32,000 bases of DNA from Nitrosotalea devaniterrae (GCA_900065925.1 LN890280.1:146451-178450); one strand, 5' to 3'. Counted from the stretch's first letter, positions 8,901 through 16,201 are shown. Numbers and translations: made by a program. The notes: generated by a model not told the origin, from the letters alone.

Positions 8901-11365
8901 GATTTGCATCAAGCTTATCCGCATCAGGCTTCTCACTAGTTGAGACTGGTCCATCCACAGGTATCTTCACAGGTACATTTGAGGTTCCAGACCAGCTTTG
9001 CCAGTCAGGTTCTAAGAAATCAGTTGTCGGTCAAAACATAAAGGTCAACTATGTTGACTTTAGAGATGATTCTGGCAAACTGGTTGAAGTAAGTGATAAT
9101 TCAGGTGTAAGAGGTAACACTGGCTCAGTCAAGCTAGACAAGGCTGTCTATCCTGTACCATATGGTACAATTGGATCAACAACCAGTACTGCTAACTTTG
9201 ACAAGCCATCAGGTACTTCTACAACCAGTCTTAATGGTGTATTCCCATTGCACAGAGATTTAACTGGCGTAAATGGAATATCATCCACTAACGTGTTAAC
9301 TGCTGGTACTGTTCTAGTCCATATCAGAGTAAATGATCAGGACTTTAACACATCACCAATAGGTACCGATAATCTTGCAACTGGTGTCAACGATGGTAAT
9401 CACGGACCAGTAGCAGTACAGATAACCAGACAAGGCAGCTCAGTACTCTTGGCAACAGCCGGAGGTCCAACAGCTCTAGGCGGTAAGATTCTCACACTTA
9501 ACTCCACAACATCACTGCCTGCAACAAATGCAGCAGCGTGGTCACAAGTAAGAGAACTCGGTCCAATGACCGAAATCGCACCAGATGCTGGAATCTTCCA
9601 AGCAAACTTGCCAATCGAGTTAACTGACGGTCCAGCTGGTACAGATTGTCCAACACCAGATCACTATGATGCTTCCATAAACGGATCATCAACATTTGGT
9701 GCACAATCAGTAAGATTCTATACTACTTCATCCACACCATATTGTGTAAGACAAGGTGATGTACTCACTGTAACTTACATTGACAACAACGATGCATCCG
9801 GTAATACACAGACTGTCACAGACTCTTCCACTTTCGATCTTAGAAACGGTGTACTACAATCCGACAAATCGGTATACATCATCGGTTCAGACATGATCCT
9901 CACACTCGTAGAACCAGACTTTAACCTTGATTCGCAGACTGCTGAAACTGTTCCACTAGATTTAGTTGAATGGGATTCACATGCATTCAAGAAAACAATG
10001 GGTCCACTCGGTGGAGAATCTGCTGCATTTGATGCAAAACCATCAACATTTGTCGAGACAGGTAAAGACACAGGTATCTTCCAATCTGTAATCAAGGTTC
10101 CAAAGACACTCAATGGAAACTTGCTAGAGAGAGGAGAACAGATCCACTTGGAATACACTGACTGGGGTCCAGCAGGCTCAAAGACTGTAGGTAAGAACAA
10201 CCAAGATATTCAGTTGACTATCTACACATCAAACTTTGGCGCCACAGTTGAACTCGATCAGAAAGTATACACATGGACTGACCGTGTCTACATTACAGTA
10301 GTCGCACCAGATCACAACTTTGATCCAAACCTTATCGACATCATTGGAGACAATGATGAAAACAAGGTTACCGTATCAACAAGAGGCAACAGCCTCAGCC
10401 CATACAAATTGGTTGAGACTGGAGTCGACACCGGTATCTTCACTGGATATGTCATCCTACAAGGTGACTCATCCATTGTATCAACTGGTGGTGTTGACGG
10501 TGCTGGCCTCAAGCCAGTAGGTGTTCAAGGTGTAACAACTGGTTCAGGTCCAACAAATGGATTCTTACCAGCAACCGAACAAGATGGTGTATCCGTATCG
10601 TTTGAATTCACAAGAGATCAAACAGTTACTGGCTCTGCACTCATCCGATGGAACATCGGTGAGATCAAGTGGTTAGAAGCAAGCTACCCAGCCAACGGCC
10701 AGGGAGTATTGCAGATAGTCGACCCAGACATGAACCTTAATCCAAAGGCAGTAGACAAGTTCGACACCAACGTATGGTCTGACTCTGATTCTGGTGGTAT
10801 CAAACTCACCATGACAGAGACTGGCGAAGCAACAGGTATCTTCCAAGGTACTATTTACTTTACCACAAACTTCCAGTCATCTGGAAACAGACTCCACGTT
10901 GCTGAAGGTGACACCGTAACAGGTGAATACCGAGACAGAACATTGCCACCGCCATACACACCATCAGATCAACTGAGATTGACCTCGACAACATTCATTG
11001 GAACAGTTGTGCCACCGCTTGAAAGAGCACCGGCATCCAACCCAAGAATCGTTGACTCGTTTGGCAATGCAGTAACTGGTGCAGTAAAATCAGGACAGCA
11101 GATACAAATTACTGCTGACTTGACAAACGGCCAGGACAGAGATCAACCATTTGCATACCTTGTACAAATACAAGATGCTAACGGTGTAACGGTGTCATTA
11201 TCTTGGATCACAGGTACATTGACTGCAGGTCAATCACTCAATCCGGCACAATCTTGGACTCCTCAATCCTCTGGAACATACACTGCTCAAATCTTTGTAT
11301 GGCAGAGCATTGACAATCCAAATGCATTGTCACCGCCTTTGAGCACTACTATCAACGTAGCATAG
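5963..11365 (+). CDS. Giant secreted repeat protein, probable S-layer protein (multi Ig-like/beta-sandwich domains)
   Basis: 1800-aa uninterrupted ORF. N-terminal signal peptide (LTLLTILLSSSAVFAMP...AHAS). Thr/Gly/Asn/Val/Asp-rich with few Lys or Arg. Seven recurrences of an E(T/S)G-xx-(T/V)G-(I/V/T)F motif and recurring DPDxNxD-like motifs. About 17 N-x-S/T sequons by my manual count. No C-terminal TM anchor. Sits beside glycosylation genes. Confidence 0.65.
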   Translation: MYNNTLRKITSLTLLTILLSSSAVFAMPNALPSAHASTNANLFVSAENSQWNNYFAGPQVIQVIVADPDINRLDQGYGEPTVTVNGKKLRMAQNTDGNWYGYFADSKQAQTADSTVQNTVAGKGLDFGSFCSATSAKIATGVDFSETKGVAIADQVYSSTTLSTGNALGSNGTQTPGATVSTDCGAGGVLTVADPAKEAQTKYNHVIRENKTLTQAKTGVTYGQIGFINSNAWPVVQLYDFASLPSVVTVDYHKAGGDQVVNLTFDRIPDGLLSTTVDRSAYPQNTQVFLQVNDPQLNIDPTEEDSWTWATNSSNPGVFYQLFNRNGGVDADGTTGAQNLIGNLTSLMFNHNGKLTVTPQAQSQRVIDFQKNGKDTLTSVSQRGSPATLTTASLGANTLPLTLIESGGVNVGTFGSWDGAKTSEIITVDNANIRGQSAVVRYNDRDLSLVGGFSFASIAQSPLNGTWAGGQRIPVTVTDADSNKNGRITEHLNFYDPNYKRISTMKIGTPFTLSQAGAAKITAFLTGSYLNLVHTTTQGVYTYEGLSHAASGNASMAASANLAEDEGFSARPILKLTNSTAGNVGIPNGGTLFIDLNVTAGKLQSIINNPVGAASSTKFKGFDFLNYDLRSFGSLNNVTGSSISNATIYLVEQTAANHQILDPAQNKLIKTGSFKLYSLANVTSLQGFVNLNGTQTTIGGSASNDAKVTLNNIFNTVVSTHNIGIAIQFRTVGNLASGVVTINPAGEPVAVDFFSIGTIGDGLTNDQRVNNAIYRFELEESGDNTGVFTGTNQYVMLNQLNIYNPTTYSTLRPIQHDVKFAAITDMLQAEARAPQVTYFDLGQDGVNTQISAQTDIPTHTGVVSFDSKTYKIGDTVTITLSDADLNVDNDLVDIYTAVTPVYSAATTTGNADDQRQDPATDTIGTAGLGSYLNGQTAIGRLLDVQFGQQNVRWSNSKINGTTTNTAHCFTAESNGATANGFASSLSASGFSLVETGPSTGIFTGTFEVPDQLCQSGSKKSVVGQNIKVNYVDFRDDSGKLVEVSDNSGVRGNTGSVKLDKAVYPVPYGTIGSTTSTANFDKPSGTSTTSLNGVFPLHRDLTGVNGISSTNVLTAGTVLVHIRVNDQDFNTSPIGTDNLATGVNDGNHGPVAVQITRQGSSVLLATAGGPTALGGKILTLNSTTSLPATNAAAWSQVRELGPMTEIAPDAGIFQANLPIELTDGPAGTDCPTPDHYDASINGSSTFGAQSVRFYTTSSTPYCVRQGDVLTVTYIDNNDASGNTQTVTDSSTFDLRNGVLQSDKSVYIIGSDMILTLVEPDFNLDSQTAETVPLDLVEWDSHAFKKTMGPLGGESAAFDAKPSTFVETGKDTGIFQSVIKVPKTLNGNLLERGEQIHLEYTDWGPAGSKTVGKNNQDIQLTIYTSNFGATVELDQKVYTWTDRVYITVVAPDHNFDPNLIDIIGDNDENKVTVSTRGNSLSPYKLVETGVDTGIFTGYVILQGDSSIVSTGGVDGAGLKPVGVQGVTTGSGPTNGFLPATEQDGVSVSFEFTRDQTVTGSALIRWNIGEIKWLEASYPANGQGVLQIVDPDMNLNPKAVDKFDTNVWSDSDSGGIKLTMTETGEATGIFQGTIYFTTNFQSSGNRLHVAEGDTVTGEYRDRTLPPPYTPSDQLRLTSTTFIGTVVPPLERAPASNPRIVDSFGNAVTGAVKSGQQIQITADLTNGQDRDQPFAYLVQIQDANGVTVSLSWITGTLTAGQSLNPAQSWTPQSSGTYTAQIFVWQSIDNPNALSPPLSTTINVA

Positions 11366-11390
11366 ACTAGTCAACCAAAAAACACTAACT

Positions 11391-11414
11391 TTCCCTCTTT
11401 TTCCTTTTTATCTT
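11391..11414 (+). terminator. Oligo-T tract terminator candidate downstream of the large surface protein gene
   Basis: ttccctctttttcctttttatctt starts 26 nt after the stop codon. Archaeal termination commonly uses T-runs. Confidence 0.45.
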
Positions 11415-11433
11415 AAAAAACTCCTAACGATAG

Positions 11434-11452
11434 TTGTAGAATAATTCTACAA
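11434..11452. repeat. Perfect 9-1-9 palindrome TTGTAGAAT-A-ATTCTACAA
   Basis: Read directly from the sequence. It lies 69 nt after the S-layer-like stop and could be a hairpin or a dimeric-regulator site. Confidence 0.6.
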
Positions 11453-11797
11453 ATATGGATTACAAGTTTCATAAATTTTTTAAAAAATATGATGTGCATA
11501 TAAATTACATTTTCTATATTCAATCAGGATTGATAATTTTGTTCTTGTTTTGTACGAGTTATTTTCAAAATATCTTCTATTTGATATCAGTATACTGAAT
11601 CAAAATGGAAACTTGGAATCACTTTCCATGCAATACTACAGCTGGTGAAATTTCATAGGATGATTTTTCTAACATGTCAAAACACCTACATCAGAAAGAT
11701 TTGCTTGCCTGATCCTGATAATTTAAACAAGCGCCGATCTTGCAGGGAAATTTTTCCCACAATTGATTCCGCATTAGATCGCTGGCAATCTACAAAA

Positions 11798-11810
11798 CGC
11801 TTAAATAGAA
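11798..11810 (+). promoter_or_regulatory. TATA-like box (cgcTTAAATagaa) of the oxidase operon
   Basis: TTAAAT at 11801-11806, about 32 nt (centre) upstream of ATG 11836. Confidence 0.45.
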
Positions 11811-11835
11811 AATTAAATCCACGTCAAATCAGCAA

Positions 11836-12135
11836 ATGAAACGAATCATTGCTGTTTCAATTATTGCATTAATAGCACTAGCGCTTGTTCCTTCAATACA
11901 TTTTGCACATGCACAAGAAAAGTCTGCTAAACAATACATCAACCTAAGAGCTGAGGTGTGGAACGAGTTCTTCAGAATGACTACAGCTGCCTTTACCGTG
12001 GGTGCAGTAGTATCAGGTACAATGATCTGGCTTGTCTGGAGATTCCGTGAATCACATCCCAAGAACCAAACTCCTACCAGATGGGAAAAACTAGACGATC
12101 CAACTACTGGCAACTATGAGAAGGAGGGCCATTAG
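11836..12135 (+). CDS. Small membrane protein, first gene of the oxidase operon (possible accessory subunit analogous to subunit IIa)
   Basis: 99 aa. N-terminal hydrophobic segment (IIAVSIIALIALALV) and a second TM (AAFTVGAVVSGTMIWLVWRF). Its stop lies 2 nt before the coxB-like ATG, and GGAGG at 12123-12127 lies within its 3' end. Confidence 0.55.
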   Translation: MKRIIAVSIIALIALALVPSIHFAHAQEKSAKQYINLRAEVWNEFFRMTTAAFTVGAVVSGTMIWLVWRFRESHPKNQTPTRWEKLDDPTTGNYEKEGH

Positions 12136-12137
12136 AG

Positions 12138-12560
12138 ATGGGTCATGATACCGCAGAATGGGTATTCATTGGTGTAGTTATTGCGATTCTAGTATATGTC
12201 GGTGTTGATTCTTGGATTGTCCAAAAAGAAGTAGAAGAGGTTCCAGCAGATGCAGAAACTATCAAAGTCACAGGTCAGCAATGGTTCTGGAGTTTTGAAC
12301 ATGCTGATGGTACAAAAGAAATTAGCACACTTCACCTAAAGAAGGGGCACGCGTATAATTTTGAGATTTATTCAAAAGATGTAATGCACTCTTTTAACAT
12401 TCCAGACTGGGTGGTCTTTGAAGATGCAGTACCTGGTCATGTTAACCATGCATGGTTTGCACCAGATCAAACAGGTGAATTCCCAATCCAGTGCAGAGAA
12501 TATTGTGGTCTGTTACATTACAACATGAGAGGTTCACTAATAGTGGAGGATACACCTTGA
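12138..12560 (+). CDS. coxB: Heme-copper oxidase subunit II (single TM helix plus CuA cupredoxin domain)
   Basis: 140 aa. One N-terminal TM. Candidate upstream CuA His in MHSFNIP, plus C-x3-C-x3-H-x2-M (CREYCGLLHYNM). Confidence 0.85.
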   Translation: MGHDTAEWVFIGVVIAILVYVGVDSWIVQKEVEEVPADAETIKVTGQQWFWSFEHADGTKEISTLHLKKGHAYNFEIYSKDVMHSFNIPDWVVFEDAVPGHVNHAWFAPDQTGEFPIQCREYCGLLHYNMRGSLIVEDTP

Positions 12561-12615
12561 TAATTATCAAAAACGTTTTATGTGTACAAATATCAAGTGA
12601 AATAGAGGGAACTAC

Positions 12616-14157
12616 ATGGTACTAGAACTAAAGAAGCCTCGTCCAGTCTGGCAGATAATGTTCTCAACACATCACACTGATGTGGGTTTATTGTATACGA
12701 TTACAGGTCTTGCATTCTTGTTTATGGCAGGAGTCTTGGCAATGATGATAAGAACACACTTGTTCTTCCCTGGTCAAGGAGTTTTAATTTCTGATTCTGT
12801 AACCTTTAACAGAATATTCACAGTTCACGGTCTTACAATGTTATTTTTGTTTGCACTTCCAGTAGCTAACGGAGTTGGTAACTATCTTGTGCCACTCATG
12901 GTCAGATACAAAGACATGGCATATCCAAAACTAAATGCAATTGCATTTTGGATGAATCCAGTTGGTGGTGTATTGCTATGGCTTGGATTCTCGGATACAT
13001 CGTGGGTGTCATATGCACCATATTCAGTTATTCGAGCACCAGGTCCAGCAGCTGATATGATGATATTTGGCCTCAAGATTCTTGGAATCTCGTCAATTTT
13101 ATCTTCAATTAATTTCGTAGTTACAATTCTCAAATGCAAGCACCCAGACTTGCCATTGCGCAAAGTTCCGCTCTTTGCATGGTCAATGATGACCGTATCC
13201 TTGATGACAATTGTTGCAATGCCATCTTATGCTGCAGCACTTATCATGTTACTTACTGATAGACTTGGTGTATCAGGTTTCTTTAACCCCTCAATGGGAG
13301 GAGATCCAATTGCATACTTGCACTTGTTCTGGTTTACATTCCATCCTGAAGTGTACATCTTCTTGTTGCCGTCAATTGGAATGATGTATGAAATAATTCC
13401 TAGATTTTCAAGAAAGCCTCTATTCAGCCAAGGCAGTGGTGTATTTGCATTTGTAATGCTTGGCCTGATTGGATTTGCATCTTGGGGTCATCACATGTAT
13501 TCTACAGGTATGGACTTTACAACCAAAGTCGTATTCATGATTGGAACGTTAGCAGCAGTGCCAGCATCTGGCATGCACGTATTTAATTTCCTTGCCACCA
13601 TGTGGGGAGGAAGAATCAGGTTTGCTGCACCAATGAAGTTTGCAGTAGGTGGAATTGCATTATTCTTCTCTGCAGGTGCCGGTGGTGTGCTAAACTCTGC
13701 AATGCCGCTTGACTTTATCAGCCATGGAACTTATTGGGTAGTAGGACACATGCACTTGTTCCTTACAGGTACAATTGCGTTTGGCTTTGTTGGCATGGTA
13801 TACTACATGTTCCCACTAATTACTGGAAGAATGTACAGCGAGAAATTGGCAAACATACATTTCATTGGAATGTTGTGGGGATCTGTTCAAGTCTTTTACA
13901 CTCAACACTTGCTTGGACTTGAGGGAATGCCAAGAAGAATTTATGATTATCCAGCAGAATATACATCTTGGACACAGCTTAACCAGATAGCAACAATAGG
14001 TGCTTGGATTCTGGGAGCAAGCTTTGTAGCATTCTTGATAAACTTGATTTACTACTCAGCCAAGGGCAAAGAAGCAAACATGGACGATCCATTTGGTCTA
14101 GGCGGCAAGTATTATTATCCACACCAAGCCAAGAACCCACACCACATAGGATATTGA
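12616..14157 (+). CDS. coxA: Heme-copper oxidase subunit I
   Basis: 513 aa with about 12 TM helices. WFTFHPEVYIF (His-Tyr site), WGHHMYSTG (CuB histidines), VVGHMHLFL (heme ligands). GAGGG lies about 8 nt upstream of the ATG. Confidence 0.95.
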   Translation: MVLELKKPRPVWQIMFSTHHTDVGLLYTITGLAFLFMAGVLAMMIRTHLFFPGQGVLISDSVTFNRIFTVHGLTMLFLFALPVANGVGNYLVPLMVRYKDMAYPKLNAIAFWMNPVGGVLLWLGFSDTSWVSYAPYSVIRAPGPAADMMIFGLKILGISSILSSINFVVTILKCKHPDLPLRKVPLFAWSMMTVSLMTIVAMPSYAAALIMLLTDRLGVSGFFNPSMGGDPIAYLHLFWFTFHPEVYIFLLPSIGMMYEIIPRFSRKPLFSQGSGVFAFVMLGLIGFASWGHHMYSTGMDFTTKVVFMIGTLAAVPASGMHVFNFLATMWGGRIRFAAPMKFAVGGIALFFSAGAGGVLNSAMPLDFISHGTYWVVGHMHLFLTGTIAFGFVGMVYYMFPLITGRMYSEKLANIHFIGMLWGSVQVFYTQHLLGLEGMPRRIYDYPAEYTSWTQLNQIATIGAWILGASFVAFLINLIYYSAKGKEANMDDPFGLGGKYYYPHQAKNPHHIGY

Positions 14158-14158
14158 T

Positions 14159-15136
14159 ATGAGTCACACTGAACACGAGGAAACAATACTTCGAACAAGC
14201 CCTGCTAGGATGGGCAAGATGCTTGCAATTCTATTGGGAATAATGGTAATAGGTGGCGCAATATTTTTCTTAAATTATGATTATTGGAATTCATATCTTC
14301 CAACTGCAGGAAAAATTCAGGAAGAGGGCGCTGCAGGTAGTCATGCTCAAGGACAAGGACAAGCAACAGGTAAAACAGTAGATGTTGATATTGCATTTAT
14401 GGAATCTCCAGACTTTAAGGTATACGCGTTTAATGCATTATCAGGTGATGGTAAAAATCCAGAGATTCATGCAAACGTAGGTGACAAGATTGTATTTCAT
14501 GTAACAAATAAAGGAAAATCATTTCATGCATTTGGAGTAACTGCATCTAAAGAAGGACCAGGTCCTGTAATTGATGGAACAACAGTAGGTACTGCAGACA
14601 ATCCATTAAAGCCAGGCAAGGGTGGTGATGCTACATTTGTTGCATCTGAACCAGGTGAATATTATTACATTTGTGTAGTTCCGGGTCACCGAGAACTTGG
14701 CATGGAAGGAAAGATAGAGATTGCACCAAGTACTGGTGGAAGTGCTGCTTCAGGTGCTGAAGTAAAGCCAACTGGAAATAAAGTTGAATTTACAGTAAGT
14801 TTTGTCATGAGTGCTGATTTCAAACAATATGCATTTGATGCATTGCCAGGCCAAGCAGGCTCTAATGCTGATATCAAAGTAAAATCAGGTGATACCGTTA
14901 CCATACATGTAAAAAATGACAGCAAATCATTTCATGCATTTGGAGTTGTAGTTGATCCAGATAATCCATCTAATGTATTGTGGAACTCTGCAGTTGCTAC
15001 ACCTGATAACCCGTTAAAGCCAGGCAAAAGCGGTGATGTCACATTTGTAGCAGGCGCACCAGGAACATATCATTACATCTGTACTGTTCCTGGACATGCA
15101 GCACTTGGAATGGATGCTAAATTCATAGTCGAGTAA
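14159..15136 (+). CDS. Membrane-anchored tandem blue (type 1) copper protein with two plastocyanin-like domains
   Basis: N-terminal TM (LAILLGIMVIGGAIFFL). Two copies of KSFHAFGV ... Y(Y/H)YIC(V/T)VPGH..LGM, giving H, C, H, M type-1 Cu ligands in each. The start lies 1 nt after the coxA stop. Confidence 0.9.
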   Translation: MSHTEHEETILRTSPARMGKMLAILLGIMVIGGAIFFLNYDYWNSYLPTAGKIQEEGAAGSHAQGQGQATGKTVDVDIAFMESPDFKVYAFNALSGDGKNPEIHANVGDKIVFHVTNKGKSFHAFGVTASKEGPGPVIDGTTVGTADNPLKPGKGGDATFVASEPGEYYYICVVPGHRELGMEGKIEIAPSTGGSAASGAEVKPTGNKVEFTVSFVMSADFKQYAFDALPGQAGSNADIKVKSGDTVTIHVKNDSKSFHAFGVVVDPDNPSNVLWNSAVATPDNPLKPGKSGDVTFVAGAPGTYHYICTVPGHAALGMDAKFIVE

Positions 15137-15138
15137 TA

Positions 15139-15585
15139 ATGTACTTCAAGTATCTTGCACTTGCCTCTCTTGTAATTTTATATTCGTTAATGTTCATTGG
15201 TGGATATCTACAGGCAAGTGGACAGGGATTGACATGTCCAAAATGGCCTCTCTGTCCAAGTGGCATCTTACCTTCTCCAGAATTTCTAACCGAATGGATA
15301 CATAGATTCATTGCAGCAACAACTGGAGCCTTGATAGTTGCAACTGCAATAGGTGCATGGAGAACAAAGGGATCTCACAAAAAAATCAAGATAACTGCTA
15401 CTCTGGCAGGAGTATTTGCAGTATCACAAATAGGTCTTGGAGCCATAGTGATTGACACAAAACTTCATGCTGTTATAGTTGCAATCCATAATGGTGTTGG
15501 AATATTGTTATTTGCAATGACTTTACTTACAGTGTTGTTTGCATTCAGAATAGCACGTGGGCAAAAAATAGAGACTAGTGCTTAG
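15139..15585 (+). CDS. ctaA: Compact four-helix heme A synthase (CtaA/COX15-like)
   Basis: 148 aa with 4 TM helices. GQGLTCPKWPLCPSG matches the CtaA G-x-G-x-x-CP-x-WP-x-C loop. There is a His in TM2 (WIHRF) and in TM4 (AIHNG). It is the last gene of the operon, 2 nt after the preceding stop. Confidence 0.7.
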   Translation: MYFKYLALASLVILYSLMFIGGYLQASGQGLTCPKWPLCPSGILPSPEFLTEWIHRFIAATTGALIVATAIGAWRTKGSHKKIKITATLAGVFAVSQIGLGAIVIDTKLHAVIVAIHNGVGILLFAMTLLTVLFAFRIARGQKIETSA

Positions 15586-16132
15586 GTTTTATTTTTTTTC
15601 TTGTCAACACTGCCCATATGACCAAGGCTGCAAATCCTATACCACCTGATGATATGATGTATGGAAAGATATTGCCAAATACATTGAGAACAGTAATGTT
15701 GTACACGTATGTTAGAGTTGTACCGTTTGGACCTACATCATACAAATCAACATAGACTATGTGGTTTCCTGCTTCATGAAATGTATATTCTGTTGACCAT
15801 TCTCCCTTGCTAAAACTTTGCACTGGAATGGTTCCTACCAACTGGTCATTGAAATAAATCCTGACTCCCATTCTGAATTGACTTACTTCACTAATCTGAG
15901 TGTTAAGTGAATTGAAAATATTTGATGCTGACTGGTGATTTAGTACTCGAAAACTCAACTTGAACGGATGATTGGCCTCTGGTATTTCTGGATCGGTTGC
16001 AACCTGGACTTCATAGTTTCCTATTGTTTGATCATCAGAGTTTAGGTTGTTGTGAGCACTGGCATAATTTACTGTTGGAAATAACATCAAAAGAACAAGA
16101 GGCAGAAAAGCTAGAAAACTAATCTTAATCAA
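15575..16132 (-). CDS. Secreted, C-terminally membrane-anchored protein of unknown function (beta-rich ectodomain)
   Basis: 185 aa. Signal peptide ending in NYASA, followed by HNN. C-terminal TM (GGIGFAALVIWAVL) plus a basic tail RKKIKPKH. It is convergent with ctaA and their 3' ends overlap by 11 nt. Confidence 0.6.
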   Translation of the reverse strand: MIKISFLAFLPLVLLMLFPTVNYASAHNNLNSDDQTIGNYEVQVATDPEIPEANHPFKLSFRVLNHQSASNIFNSLNTQISEVSQFRMGVRIYFNDQLVGTIPVQSFSKGEWSTEYTFHEAGNHIVYVDLYDVGPNGTTLTYVYNITVLNVFGNIFPYIISSGGIGFAALVIWAVLTRKKIKPKH

Positions 16133-16201
16133 TGCTGTACTTGTAGTGTCATTTCTTTAATATACTGTTACTACACTCGATCTATGAAAATTAACAAAAG
16201 C

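Noticed and set aside
6470-10520. Nine ORFs of 66-142 aa inside the 5963-11365 gene: eight antisense (6470-6673, 7012-7440, 7573-7821, 8117-8539, 8383-8643, 9498-9704, 9775-10200, 10312-10512) and one sense-strand off-frame (10320-10520).
   Set aside because: All lie fully within a long, motif-rich, uninterrupted 1800-codon ORF. Their translations are low-complexity with no recognisable motifs. Such ORFs are expected by chance opposite a stop-poor coding frame.
11645-11839. 64-aa ORF in the S-layer/oxidase intergenic region
   Set aside because: It has a non-ATG start and a basic low-complexity translation. It runs through the oxidase TATA-like box and ends at the oxidase start codon, so it is more likely promoter DNA than a gene.
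11836-12560. Frameshifted coxB pseudogene
   Set aside because: Both ORFs are intact, the downstream one has its own ATG preceded by GGAGG, and the CuA domain is complete. A two-cistron arrangement (subunit IIa-like) explains the data better than decay. It remains listed as a finding to verify.
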